From positions 1-60,918 of the IMG/VR virus record IMGVR_UViG_3300032242_001271: DNA of 60,918 nucleotides, one strand, 5' to 3'. Source of the stretch: a virus (Duplodnaviria; Caudoviricetes). A program made the position numbers and the translations under genes. Position 1 is the first letter of the stretch. Every line of letters begins with the position of its first letter. Shown piece after piece: positions 35,658 to 47,056 of this stretch. The notes below the pieces were generated by a model. The model saw nothing but the letters and a program-made list of their open reading frames with translations. It was not told where the DNA came from and did no database searches.

Positions 35658-38600
35658 TTAGAAACCCGAAGGGAAATATATTGTACCACTATTAGTTGTA
35701 GACGGAACATAAGATCCGGAACCGAAAACAAATTTTGGAGGACTTATTGTATCAGTATAAGCCTTCAGTGATAAAGACTGCTTGATTGATCCATCATAAT
35801 CAATATCATTTTGAGTAATCCAATATTTTTCATTAGATATACCTAAATCTGAAAAATTATCTATAGTAATAAGATCTCCAAGTTGAAGGTGAGGAACGCC
35901 GAGTACTTCAATATTCAATATCCTAACAGGTTCAGTGTAGTAGCCAATTACAAAATCTGCAACTAACTGAGCATAGTTTTTATTTTGAATATAACTACTA
36001 TCTATTTTCAATTCTTTAATACCATATCTTCTAACATTTGAATTAATAGATCTAGAAATATTAGTAATAAGTTCTGAGCTTTGATTTGAACCAATAATAT
36101 CTCCGGCAATTTCGAATAATTGATTAATTTTTTCTAAATCTGTACCTTGTAATATTACATAAGTTCCAGCAGTAGAAGAAGCATTTGCAGATACAACTAT
36201 ATCTGTATAGTAACTATTACTATAAAAAAGATCTATATCTACATTTGTATTAGTAATAAATGGATATTTGACACTAACAGCTGGAGAGCTAGAATAAATC
36301 ATATTATAATATCTAGCTTCTCTAGCCAAAGTTCCGTTTTTATGCCAGACAATATCTGTTCCAAATTGTCCTCGTTCAATATCATTTAAATTATTACCAT
36401 CAAAAGATTTATATTTAATAATTTCATTATCAATTTTTACATAACCAGATCCAAGCCAAAAAATATCATCACTACCACTCAAAGAATTTTTTAAATTTAA
36501 AGATATAGAAGATGAATATGGCGAAACATCTTGAGTGATAGTTGAAACAACTAAAGAAGCTCCGCTTGGAGCAGACCAAAGAGCAGTAGTATTATTCACC
36601 TTAACTTCAGTTTTATTTACAGGCACTGTTACTTTATTACTTTGAATTTCAACATTAAATTTTCCATTTAAAATATCTGTTGAATCAGAAAAATTATATT
36701 GACTATTTTGATATCTATTAAACTTACTATCATGTAATAAATTTCTATATTCATAATTAAAAATACCATATTCATCAAAATAAAACATACCAAGATCAGC
36801 TGTTGCAATCGCAAGCATGGCATCCCAATAAGTTTGCTTAGCAGCATAAATATATTTAAATGTTGGTAATGTAACTAAAGAAGATGATATATAATGAGCA
36901 GCAATTCGATCATCAGTTAAAGCATAATTATAAAAAGATATATTGCTTATATATCCATTATAATCAAATAAAGAAAAACTATTTATAAGACCAGTTGTAG
37001 TTGTAAAAGGTATAATAGATACAGAGGGAGACATTGTAGAAACTAAAATTCCATCAATATATAAATTATAAATATTAGAAGAACCACCAATTTTTTTAAT
37101 ATCAATAAGATGAGGAATAGCTCTATCAAGCCAATTTGAGTTTATAGTATGAATAGTATTAGTAGTATCATAAAAACTCCAATAATATTTTACTTGAGTA
37201 CTTGTACATTCATACTGCAAAATATAATTTGAATTTCTAGATGATGAATTAGTTGATCTTGCTATATCATTCTTTACGCCGGATGAAGTATCATAACTTG
37301 GATCAACAAAATGAAATAATTCTGTGGACCAACTATTAGATCCAGTATCAATTGGACGAAATTCATTTCCCGATGAATTAATACTAAATACAGCATAAGG
37401 ATCTACTGTACCCGGATTTGTATTACCAACTTTATATGAACCTTCTTTATATGACGGCTCAAAAGTTGACAATATATTTTGATAATTAGGTCTATTAGCA
37501 TCATCTTGAACATCAATAATTTCAGAATAAATCAAACTTTTGTTAGTAACACCAACAATACTAGATGAACTAAATTTAGTAGAAGAATATATATCCTGCA
37601 TATATACATATCCACATTGATCTTGAAATTTACCTGAATTAGAAGATAAATAACTAGAAGTTTCATTTAATTGCATATAAACATACGGATCATCGCTTAA
37701 AATAGAATTTTCATATTTATCATTAAAAACAATTTTTCTTCTAGGAAAACCCGCAAGAAGAAGCATATCCATAATGCCACGTCCCGCAGTAATTTCTTGA
37801 CCTATATAACCGTTTAAAGTTTTTTCTTGAAGATATTTAGAATAATCTCGAAAATTAACATCAACTGTCATATTTGAATTGTTAAAAGACCATGTATCAG
37901 CATACATTTCTTGAGCAAGAACTATTTCTTCATTAGTTCCATATTCCGGGAGTTCATAATCTAACGATATAAAAAATGGGACATCTGGAGTAGCATAATT
38001 ACCATATAGAGTATCGCCAAAAATATTGAAATCTTTATTGGAATTATCTAATACAAGAGATCCATTATTAGCTGATGTAGATCCAATCGGTAATGATGCA
38101 TCAAAATTCTCTCTTACCTTAGAGACTTTATAAGAAACTACATAGTCACTTAAATCGACTTCCCAAATAGGATTGATAGTATAAATTCTTGCATAATCAT
38201 TAGGATATACTGTAGTCATTGGAATTATTCTTACACTTTTAATAATATATGTATCATCTAAATTAATATAAATATAAGAAGATCCAGCGAAACTAATTCC
38301 TACTCCCTCTATAGTAGTATTATCTGATTTAGTAATAATATAATCAATTGTATTTATTGCACTATTAAGATATCCTGTTGTAATTAAAATTTTATTACAT
38401 TTTTGATTATCAAAATCAATTTCTACATAGTCATGATAATTAAATGTCTTATCATTTTGTGATTGAACTCTAGACATCCATCCATAATTATCTTCAAAGT
38501 TTTTATCTAACTCAGTAGTAACATTTGCTTTCATACGAAAAATATCACTATTAGCACTCATGCAGTAAATATCATTATTAGCTTTGATAATATTACCATG

Positions 38601-40817
38601 AGAGTTTAGCATATTAGTAATAGCAAATTGTAATGTCTCTTCCAAAATACCATCAATAATACACTCAGCATTATAATATTTATCAATAGTTTGAACAGGA
38701 AGAGTTCCTTGATTATAAACACAGCGAAACAAAACATCTATATCAACTATAGAAAGAGCATAATCAAACATTGCAAATTCTGAAATATAACCATTCAATA
38801 ATCTTACGCCAGCAGAATCCCCTAATGATGCACCAGCACCATCTCCACCAAAAGTAAAGCAAGGATCGCTGCTACTTATATTTTTAATAACAAATCCAGC
38901 ATCAAGATCAATTGTGCTATCAAATACACTATTGATATATAAAGATAATGATGATCCATTTTTAATTATTGCTATATGATTAACTGATGTATAATCTATA
39001 CTATTTACTGATTGTAAAGTTTTAATAGTTCCAGAATTATTTACTATTTTAATATTTAAATATAAAGAGCTTGATATATTAACAATCGAAGTTCTAATCG
39101 CTGTATCTCCCGAAACACGATCACCAAGCCAAAAAATAGTTTCGTTAGTATTATCTGTATAATTTTTTTTCAACCAAAAAGTATAAGTAAAATTAGAACT
39201 ATTATTAATAGTAGAAAGTTGATCTAAAGAAGAATTTGTCAGAGTTGAAGCTACAGCATATTTATCATTATTGAAAAAATGGGCTGCAGATAAATAATCA
39301 AATCCATAAGATGCGAAATAATCAAACTGATAATACGATGTCCCACCATATGTATTTGCCCCAGAAAAACCAAGAGCAACATTCCTAGCATCATCAGTTT
39401 TAAAGATTTCATTATAATCATGATAACCAGAATATAATAATGTACCAGTGCTACTATTAGTGGGCTCAGAAGTACCCATATCATAAAAATAGTATAAATT
39501 ATATTTTGCTTGCAATCTGTAATAATGATCAGTTTGCAAGCCAAAAGACATTTGATGTGTACCAGATCCAGCAGTTGAAGTATTAACTCTACCAGTAGAA
39601 TTTGTAGGAGATAAAGAGTTTGCTCTAATAGTATTTAAATTAAATGTGTTAGTTGCTGGATTTTGAACATAGTAAGAAGTTCCAGCAGTAATGCCCGTGG
39701 GAAGTGATCCAGAAGTATAAAATTTAACAAGCGTTCCAGCAGGAAGACCATGATTATTTAAAGTAATAACACAAGGTGTACCGTTACTTATAAGTACAGT
39801 AGGATTAACAGAAATCCTAGTACTTACATTGCCATTATTCACCCAAATTCCAGTGTTAGCGCTGGTAGTTGTGTTCAAGCTGACATAATGTGTGTCATCT
39901 ACAAATCGAACATACGCTCTAGTTCCGGGGGTAGCGTTTGATTTAAAATCAACAAAATGATCTAAAGATTTAACACTACACTTCATGTAATTGATAATAT
40001 CGTCAGTATATTGATTAGTAATATATTTGGCTTGATTACTGGAAATAATCCAATTATTGTCATTAGTTTGCCAAGAATAATATCCCATAGAAGCATCGGT
40101 AGTATCTGAGCTTGTAAAAAATCCTAAACTATTAGGGCTAGTTCTATTGAAAGTATCAATTAATCTTTTAGGTTCAAAAATTTGTTTATATCTAGAATCA
40201 ATAGCATCAGATAGAATACTATAATAGCCATCTTGTGCAGCTGGAAATTTAGAAGTACTTTCGCCATAAGCAAAACTTAATTTTTGTTTTCCTTGATCCT
40301 GAAGCCTTGTATTGTACCAAGTAATATTACTTGTACCTGAATAAGTTCCGCTCAGTAAAATTTTATAAATTGAACTATTATTAAGAGCAGTTTCTCTAAA
40401 ATAGTTCAAACAAAAATAATCAGTTGCAACTTCTTGAATATAATAAACTCTTCCAGCAGTAATACCTGTTGGCAATACTGAAGTCGTAGCAACTCCTGAT
40501 GAATACGTTGTAACAGTCGAAAAACTTACTGCAGTTCCAACCTTTAATCCATGAGCAGTAACATAAACTCTTTCATTAGCTATATCAAAAGAAGTAATAG
40601 AAGTTGAACTAGAAGAAGAATCAAAATTACTTTTATCAAACTTAATATACATTTGAGGATTACGATCAACAATTTGTTTTTCATAAGAATGAGTAGTTGT
40701 ATTAACTTTAATATTATTTAAAGAACGAAGATCTGACATCCAAGCAGTTACCTTAGGACGAACAATCTGAACATCATTCGATAGACTATCTTGAAAATGC
40801 TGTGAGACAGGAATCAT
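35658..40817 (-). CDS. Large tail-tip/host-recognition protein with LamG-like domains
   Basis: 1719 aa after the distal tail gene; two LamG-like segments (NGYISEFAMFDYALS, NGYISNISFYNYALT); C-terminal GVPHLQLGDLITI. Confidence 0.8.
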   Translation of the reverse strand: MIPVSQHFQDSLSNDVQIVRPKVTAWMSDLRSLNNIKVNTTTHSYEKQIVDRNPQMYIKFDKSNFDSSSSSTSITSFDIANERVYVTAHGLKVGTAVSFSTVTTYSSGVATTSVLPTGITAGRVYYIQEVATDYFCLNYFRETALNNSSIYKILLSGTYSGTSNITWYNTRLQDQGKQKLSFAYGESTSKFPAAQDGYYSILSDAIDSRYKQIFEPKRLIDTFNRTSPNSLGFFTSSDTTDASMGYYSWQTNDNNWIISSNQAKYITNQYTDDIINYMKCSVKSLDHFVDFKSNATPGTRAYVRFVDDTHYVSLNTTTSANTGIWVNNGNVSTRISVNPTVLISNGTPCVITLNNHGLPAGTLVKFYTSGSLPTGITAGTSYYVQNPATNTFNLNTIRANSLSPTNSTGRVNTSTAGSGTHQMSFGLQTDHYYRLQAKYNLYYFYDMGTSEPTNSSTGTLLYSGYHDYNEIFKTDDARNVALGFSGANTYGGTSYYQFDYFASYGFDYLSAAHFFNNDKYAVASTLTNSSLDQLSTINNSSNFTYTFWLKKNYTDNTNETIFWLGDRVSGDTAIRTSIVNISSSLYLNIKIVNNSGTIKTLQSVNSIDYTSVNHIAIIKNGSSLSLYINSVFDSTIDLDAGFVIKNISSSDPCFTFGGDGAGASLGDSAGVRLLNGYISEFAMFDYALSIVDIDVLFRCVYNQGTLPVQTIDKYYNAECIIDGILEETLQFAITNMLNSHGNIIKANNDIYCMSANSDIFRMKANVTTELDKNFEDNYGWMSRVQSQNDKTFNYHDYVEIDFDNQKCNKILITTGYLNSAINTIDYIITKSDNTTIEGVGISFAGSSYIYINLDDTYIIKSVRIIPMTTVYPNDYARIYTINPIWEVDLSDYVVSYKVSKVRENFDASLPIGSTSANNGSLVLDNSNKDFNIFGDTLYGNYATPDVPFFISLDYELPEYGTNEEIVLAQEMYADTWSFNNSNMTVDVNFRDYSKYLQEKTLNGYIGQEITAGRGIMDMLLLAGFPRRKIVFNDKYENSILSDDPYVYMQLNETSSYLSSNSGKFQDQCGYVYMQDIYSSTKFSSSSIVGVTNKSLIYSEIIDVQDDANRPNYQNILSTFEPSYKEGSYKVGNTNPGTVDPYAVFSINSSGNEFRPIDTGSNSWSTELFHFVDPSYDTSSGVKNDIARSTNSSSRNSNYILQYECTSTQVKYYWSFYDTTNTIHTINSNWLDRAIPHLIDIKKIGGSSNIYNLYIDGILVSTMSPSVSIIPFTTTTGLINSFSLFDYNGYISNISFYNYALTDDRIAAHYISSSLVTLPTFKYIYAAKQTYWDAMLAIATADLGMFYFDEYGIFNYEYRNLLHDSKFNRYQNSQYNFSDSTDILNGKFNVEIQSNKVTVPVNKTEVKVNNTTALWSAPSGASLVVSTITQDVSPYSSSISLNLKNSLSGSDDIFWLGSGYVKIDNEIIKYKSFDGNNLNDIERGQFGTDIVWHKNGTLAREARYYNMIYSSSPAVSVKYPFITNTNVDIDLFYSNSYYTDIVVSANASSTAGTYVILQGTDLEKINQLFEIAGDIIGSNQSSELITNISRSINSNVRRYGIKELKIDSSYIQNKNYAQLVADFVIGYYTEPVRILNIEVLGVPHLQLGDLITIDNFSDLGISNEKYWITQNDIDYDGSIKQSLSLKAYTDTISPPKFVFGSGSYVPSTTNSGTIYFPSGF

Positions 40818-41230
40818 GATTCCTCAAAACTCAGACTTAACTCCCAAATAAATATACCAGTATTAGGATCTCGTCTAGTTAAAGTCTCTGAATAAGCATC
40901 AACGAATACAGTGTATTCATTATATTCCCCGTTTCTGTGAAAAAAACGGAGAGTATGAGAGTCTTTAGACTCACCGAGGAGATTGTACATCTCAACTCTG
41001 GCGGCATAACCATCAATAGTGCAGGTGCTATCATCAGGAAGATACTTCCAAGAGGTAGCAAATTTATGTTTAATAGAGCGAATATACTTTTTCTTTGTAC
41101 CATTAGCAAGATCTACAGTAGTGGATCTTTCCTCACGATTAACGACAATAGGCGATCTACCTTGATCAGTAAGCTGCATATTATCAACCCAAATAGCTGC
41201 CGGGTAAAATAAAGTATTACCTGAACTCAT
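40814..41230 (-). CDS. Distal tail protein-like
   Basis: Directly after the tape measure; LANGT...W.YLP...LSFEE. Confidence 0.65.
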   Translation of the reverse strand: MSSGNTLFYPAAIWVDNMQLTDQGRSPIVVNREERSTTVDLANGTKKKYIRSIKHKFATSWKYLPDDSTCTIDGYAARVEMYNLLGESKDSHTLRFFHRNGEYNEYTVFVDAYSETLTRRDPNTGIFIWELSLSFEES

Positions 41231-44200
41231 TTAAGACTCCATCTATCATTATAAGATGATACCACTCTTTTCTGTTGCCCCGCAATTTTGCGTTCTTGAG
41301 GGACAACAGTCATATTATATTTAGTAGCCATCTCCTCAAACCATTTCTCTTCACCAATAAAGGTTTCAACACAGATATTAATATTAGAAGATGATCCACT
41401 ACCACCGGAAGATCCAGCGGGCATAGATGGGATAGACATATTTCCAGCATATCCAGCATTTACTGCATTATTAGCTTTGCTATTCATACCAAGTTGCGCT
41501 GCAGCAGCAGTAACATAAGCCATACTTGCTGCGCGATATTTTGGATCAGTAGATATAACAAATTCATTATATCCAGCCTCACCAATTTGAGCCAAAATCC
41601 CGCCCTTTTGATGTTCAACTAAACCACCGCCAGCAAATTTTTGCATGGTCCCAGACGTAGCATCATACATACCACCTGAGGCTTGACCGATATTATTTTC
41701 TTTCCAAGTTTTACCATTCGCCTCTACAGTATTCATCCACGCAAGAGGATCAAGATAATTGGCAGCATTTTCTACTGAACCCGTCTGGGCAATCAGATCA
41801 ACAATATCAAGACCTACATAGCCATTTTGCGAATTTCTCTTGAAAAAGGCGTTAATCTTATCAATCTGCACTTTAAGTTTTGAAGTATCAGCATCAATAA
41901 CAATAGTTTTTCCATTAGGCAAAGTATAAACAGCATAGCCAAGTTCATTAATTTTAGTGACATAATCTTGGGCAGCTACAGTTCCGGGCTTAATATTATG
42001 ACTCAACATATCATCTAAAAGATCTTGAGCAGTCTTGAAAGTTTTTCTATTTCCCTCAATAATTTTGCCATTATTATCAATCAAAGTATTAGTCATATTG
42101 CCGTTTTTATCTTTAATAAATTCAGCAGTCATGCCATACTGGCTGACCATTTTACCATTATGCTCTGTCCATCTAGTCCCTTCTTTATCAACAAAAATTT
42201 CTGCTGTATCGCTGGTTTTTCTGATATCAGAAAGCTTTGCTTGATTGAAAAGATATGTAGCGCCTTCCATTTGTACTAATTCATTTTTATATGAAGCAGC
42301 TTCTTTTTGATCTGTATCATTAAAATATGCAAATGTTTGAAGTCGATCAACTTGTCTTTGAGTCATAGCTTTTTTATACAATTCTGTGCCCTGATTTACA
42401 TAATTTCCAGTGGCAATTTGATTTTTGATTATATTAATTTTATCTTGTTCAGCCTCATTTTTTGCTCCAGCTCCAGCATTTTTATATTTTTTATTCAACT
42501 CATCTTTTTTATCTTTGGCATCTTTAGCAGCTTTATCCGCATCTGCAGCAGAAGAGTCGGTAGGAATGTTACTATCTGAAGCAGCATTATCACCGCCATT
42601 TCCACCGCCGCCACCACCACCTCCGCCTCCGCCAGTAGCAGCTTGAAGCATTGCTATTGTTTCAGGAGTAGCAAATCCTTGCATCCAAGCAGTAGCAGCA
42701 TCTTCACCACTCTTACGATACTTTTCTAAAGCATCATCATTAGCTTTTTGGAAAACCTCTGCCATTCTAGCAACAGCATCCTTGGAATACTCAGGCCATT
42801 TTCCACCGTTAGTCTGAACTAGGGCATTAATCTGGTCAAGCATCGTTTGGAATTCTCCAACTGTTGCCGGGCTATATGAAGTAATCAACGATAATGCATC
42901 ATCAAATGATGCCTTTCTAATATCATATGCTTCACTAGCAGCTTGCTTTTCATCAGAAATTTTTTCTTTTAGATCATCTCTATTAATACCAACTAACTCT
43001 TTACCTCTTTGAATTTCAAGATCAGTTAAACTTTTATTGAAGTCAATAGTTCCCTGCTGCTGTTGAATATCCAGCATACGAGCATCATCATATCTTCCCT
43101 CATAAATTGCCTTGAGTCTTTCATTTTTATAATTGGTTTTATCGACTTCACGTTGAGCAAGTAACTCTTTCTTTTTAGCAATATACTGCTCAGTTTGATA
43201 GGCTCTTTCTTCATTTTTAATTTGCTTATCAATAGCTTTACTTTTATCATCAAAAGCTTTTTGCTCAGCCTTATTGGCATCTTCAACTGCTTTAGATGCC
43301 TGTTTAACAATAGTAGCTTTCTCTTTATCAAGTTCACTATAAACAGAAGTAACCCACTCTTTAACCCAACTTTTACCAGATCCACCAGCACCACTAGCAA
43401 TATTGTCGCCAAGTACTTCTCCTAATTGCTGGCCAGCTTTTTCTGCAGCAGGCTTGGATTTATCTACAGGACCTCCAGAGCCAAATGCTCCACCAAGACC
43501 AGATCTAAATGTTTTATCTAAACTATCAACTATTCCCGGATCTTTTGCAAAATCTTTGATAGCATTAGCTGTATTATTTAAAGTTTTAGAAGTACCTTTG
43601 AAAAATCCTCCAAGAAGGGGGATATCAGAAAGCGCCGAAGCACCATTGGCAAGTATTTGAAAAGCCTGAGAAACCATCCAAGCTATATTAGATACAACAG
43701 CTTGTGCTCCAATAACAACTGGTCTTACAGCTTCATAAAAATATGCAGCGAATGCTAATATAGCACCTGCGAAATCACGGTTAATTAAGTTTTTAAAAAT
43801 TAAAATACCATCTCTTATGGCGTAAATAAATCTTTCAAAAACTGGTTTCATAAAATTAATAAATTTAGCAAATTCTTGTGCAAACATTCCAATAATACTT
43901 GCAACTCCACCAATCATTCTTCCAACTACAGAGAAAGCCGAACCTGTTCCACTGGCAGCACCTTTCACTCCCCCAAGTCCCGTCATAATTTTACCGAACA
44001 TAGAGAAAACACTTGCGAAAGCATTCTTTACTTCATTAAACCCATTCTTCAATGCATCAATTCCGGGTTGCATAGAAGGTCTAATTTCTTTCCAATGATC
44101 CTTCAAAACTTTCACTGCAAGAGCAACGACAGCGATAGTAGCACCAATAGCCAACATAACTGGAATACCAATACCAGTAGACGCTATAGCTCCATCAGTA

Positions 44201-46287
44201 GCTGCTGCTGCAGTAGTAGCAGATTCTGCTTCAATATCCATAGCAGCAGCAACTTCAAGTTCTCCAGCAGCCTCTCCTTGAGAAACTCCAGCAGATCTTA
44301 ATTTAGACTGATATAAAACATTATATGCTTTATTTTCCGCTTTAAGAGAGGCAATCTTTGCATCTTCAGCAGCAGTCGATTCAGCCGAAACAATCGAGCC
44401 CTTAGTTGGTATATCTTCACCTTCAGCATGATATGTTCTTTTAAAATGAGCCCCTTTTACTGGATTATATGTTAAGTTATTTTTTACACTATAGCCAGCC
44501 ATTTCAGCAGATTGTTTACTTATAGCAGCAGTTTGTTCAGAAAATAATATTATATTTTCTTTTATTAATGTATTTTCTTCTTCTAAAGCAATGATTTGCT
44601 CTTGCTTAGATTTAACATCAGAGCTTGCAGCAACATTTGCCTCTTCAATTATTTTTATACTTTGCGTTTGAGATAGATTTGCTTGCTCCTGAGCAGTTGC
44701 TAATCTTTCAGTAGCGACAGTTTGTTTTTGAGTAGCTTCTAATTTTATTTTATCAACAGGACTTAACTTTTCTGCATCTTTCATTCCTAAATTTTTAGGT
44801 AAAATAAAAGATGCACCTTTGGCAAGAAAACCAAAGGCCATTTTCACCTGACCAAGTGCGTAGGTTATTGGACCAATAGCAGCAAGAAGAGCGCCAAAAG
44901 AAACAACAGCAATCTTTACACCTCTTGGAAGAGTATTAAAAATTTTCAAGAATGAAGCTATTTTTTCTGCTACTATAGTCATAGCGGGAGCTATCATATC
45001 TCCTAAATCTCTAGAGATTTGAGAAAATTGAGCACGCATAATTTTAAGACCCGTACCCGGATCTTTTCTAATTTCCGCAGCAGCTTTATTGAAACGATCA
45101 ACACTATTAACTGAATAACCACTAACCTGTCCAGAAGCAAGCATTGCTTTGGCCCAACCAGACTGAACTGATTCCGCTTCTTTAGTAGTAACAACACCAT
45201 CAGCAGTAATCTGATTTAGCTCTTTAACACCCTGAGACATATCTTTCAACATGGCCAAAATTCTTGGTCCCTGTCTAGGAGCAAGTTCAGACATAAGCTT
45301 AGTTTGAGATTCAGCATTTAAATTAGTAAATTGTAAAGCAGAAGCTGCAAGTCGTTTGTTACCATCTTCAGCTTTACCGCTCATATCAAAAAAATTAATA
45401 CCAAGATCTTTAATAACAGAATTAATTTTTTTAGTAGGATCATCAAGCTTCATCAAAACAAGCTTAAGTGAGTTAGCTCCTTCAGATGCATCAATACCTT
45501 GAGTACTCATAGCAGAAAGAGCTGCGGCAGTACCTGCTGCATCAAAGCCCATTGTCTTCATCAAAGCGGAGATTTGAGGAAGTGATTGAGCTAGATCTTT
45601 CATACTCAAAGTAGTATCATCAACAATAGCACTCAATTGGGCCATAATTCTACTAGTAGCATCAATGCTTCCGCCACCAAAAGTTGCCATAATTTGTCTA
45701 TATAGAGTCAAAGAAGATTGAGCATCCATTTGAGTGACCATAGAAAACTTAGCAACTTCTGTAGCTAATTTATTAATATCACTTCCATGCATACCCAAGG
45801 CAGCAGTTTCAGCCATCAAACCAGCGGCGGCATTCGTAGAAAGACCAAAAGAGTTACTTAATTGATCAATTTGATCTTTAAACTTAGCATAATCACCAGT
45901 ATATTGTGTAACTCTCTTAAGCTGAATCATTTGACTATTGAAAGACTCAAAAGCACTTACGCTTGCTTTGCCAATTCCACTCAGAGTAGCCGTCAAGGCA
46001 AGAGATAGTGACCTACCAGCATTTGACATAGTACGGCCGTCTTGCATCCATTTATCTGATGCCTTAGACATAGTATCTTTAAGATTATTTACAGCATTTC
46101 CCAGAGATGCCATACTGCTAGTAGCACTAGAGTCAATATTAGCTTTAATAGGAGGAGAATTATTGAGAGCTTTAGCAGAATCACCTATTTTTTGATATGT
46201 TGCAGCAACATTATCGCCACCACTCTGGGTAAATTCTGTATGTACACCAATTCTTACATTGTCATCAGATGCACTCATATAACTCAC
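41227..46287 (-). CDS. Tape measure protein
   Basis: 1686 aa, Ala/Gly-rich helical, TP901-type N-terminal region, C-terminal FAGGGLV...IGEAGYNEFVI. Confidence 0.92.
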   Translation of the reverse strand: MSYMSASDDNVRIGVHTEFTQSGGDNVAATYQKIGDSAKALNNSPPIKANIDSSATSSMASLGNAVNNLKDTMSKASDKWMQDGRTMSNAGRSLSLALTATLSGIGKASVSAFESFNSQMIQLKRVTQYTGDYAKFKDQIDQLSNSFGLSTNAAAGLMAETAALGMHGSDINKLATEVAKFSMVTQMDAQSSLTLYRQIMATFGGGSIDATSRIMAQLSAIVDDTTLSMKDLAQSLPQISALMKTMGFDAAGTAAALSAMSTQGIDASEGANSLKLVLMKLDDPTKKINSVIKDLGINFFDMSGKAEDGNKRLAASALQFTNLNAESQTKLMSELAPRQGPRILAMLKDMSQGVKELNQITADGVVTTKEAESVQSGWAKAMLASGQVSGYSVNSVDRFNKAAAEIRKDPGTGLKIMRAQFSQISRDLGDMIAPAMTIVAEKIASFLKIFNTLPRGVKIAVVSFGALLAAIGPITYALGQVKMAFGFLAKGASFILPKNLGMKDAEKLSPVDKIKLEATQKQTVATERLATAQEQANLSQTQSIKIIEEANVAASSDVKSKQEQIIALEEENTLIKENIILFSEQTAAISKQSAEMAGYSVKNNLTYNPVKGAHFKRTYHAEGEDIPTKGSIVSAESTAAEDAKIASLKAENKAYNVLYQSKLRSAGVSQGEAAGELEVAAAMDIEAESATTAAAATDGAIASTGIGIPVMLAIGATIAVVALAVKVLKDHWKEIRPSMQPGIDALKNGFNEVKNAFASVFSMFGKIMTGLGGVKGAASGTGSAFSVVGRMIGGVASIIGMFAQEFAKFINFMKPVFERFIYAIRDGILIFKNLINRDFAGAILAFAAYFYEAVRPVVIGAQAVVSNIAWMVSQAFQILANGASALSDIPLLGGFFKGTSKTLNNTANAIKDFAKDPGIVDSLDKTFRSGLGGAFGSGGPVDKSKPAAEKAGQQLGEVLGDNIASGAGGSGKSWVKEWVTSVYSELDKEKATIVKQASKAVEDANKAEQKAFDDKSKAIDKQIKNEERAYQTEQYIAKKKELLAQREVDKTNYKNERLKAIYEGRYDDARMLDIQQQQGTIDFNKSLTDLEIQRGKELVGINRDDLKEKISDEKQAASEAYDIRKASFDDALSLITSYSPATVGEFQTMLDQINALVQTNGGKWPEYSKDAVARMAEVFQKANDDALEKYRKSGEDAATAWMQGFATPETIAMLQAATGGGGGGGGGGGNGGDNAASDSNIPTDSSAADADKAAKDAKDKKDELNKKYKNAGAGAKNEAEQDKINIIKNQIATGNYVNQGTELYKKAMTQRQVDRLQTFAYFNDTDQKEAASYKNELVQMEGATYLFNQAKLSDIRKTSDTAEIFVDKEGTRWTEHNGKMVSQYGMTAEFIKDKNGNMTNTLIDNNGKIIEGNRKTFKTAQDLLDDMLSHNIKPGTVAAQDYVTKINELGYAVYTLPNGKTIVIDADTSKLKVQIDKINAFFKRNSQNGYVGLDIVDLIAQTGSVENAANYLDPLAWMNTVEANGKTWKENNIGQASGGMYDATSGTMQKFAGGGLVEHQKGGILAQIGEAGYNEFVISTDPKYRAASMAYVTAAAAQLGMNSKANNAVNAGYAGNMSIPSMPAGSSGGSGSSSNINICVETFIGEEKWFEEMATKYNMTVVPQERKIAGQQKRVVSSYNDRWSLK

Positions 46288-46310
46288 TCACTAGTAAAGA
46301 TCTAAAGTTC

Positions 46311-46966
46311 CTATTCAATTATAGAATAACCAAGATTTATAGGCAAGGAAGCGGCCTGTTCTTCGCCAAAAATAGGCTCTACTTCACCACCGACTTGTGG
46401 ATCAACTTGCCAAGCCTTTAGATGATGCTTATCACCAGATGAACTATCTCCATCATCACTAACATCAGCACCCATAGCGGCAGCCATTGTTTTCAATAAT
46501 CTATTATTTTTTTCAATAGTAGTTTCGTAAAGTTGAACTAATTCATCCAAAGATATACTTTCTTCCATATGAAGAAAACTAACCCATGCTCCACACTCGC
46601 AAAAAACTTCTGATTCCAAGTCAATCAGGGGGATATCATCAAAAGTCAGATCAGAATCTGACTCCCCTCCTATACGTTTGGGTCAGTACCCATTCCAGCT
46701 GCAACAAGTTGATTAAATGACTTAATATCAATCAGATCCTCAAGTGTTTCATGATCAGCAGCAAGTTCGGGCTCAATCTTTTCAAGAATAATAGCGGCAG
46801 CCTGAACCATAAGATCGACTGATTTCTCATCATCTGTTGACTCATTCATATCTTTCATGACAATATTGAGGCTCCTAAGTTGACGAAGAGATACAGGATA
46901 AATAGTTCTTGTCTTATCTGCAAAAGCAATCTCCACTCCGGGGCGGATATTGTTAAGTTTAGCCAT
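46311..46966 (-). CDS. Tail assembly chaperones G (46670-46966) and GT via programmed -1 frameshift
   Basis: Slippery C CCA AAC at 46676-46682; -1 frame is open into the 46311-46619 ORF; between major tail and tape measure genes. Confidence 0.85.
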
Positions 46967-47005
46967 ATTAAAGTGCTCCTATAGTAGAATCATATTATAA
47001 CACAA

Positions 47006-47029
47006 AAGGGCGAGCTTTCGCTCGCCCTT
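47006..47029 (-). terminator. Terminator after the major tail gene
   Basis: aagggcgagc/gctcgccctt stem, GAAA loop, U-rich tail. Confidence 0.85.
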
Positions 47030-47056
47030 CAGTATTATTAAGTTTTATTAAGTTAA

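Noticed and set aside
42590-42635. Poly-Gly run in the tape measure as a contingency microsatellite
   Set aside because: It is encoded by mixed GGN codons, so it is a selected flexible linker rather than a slippage tract
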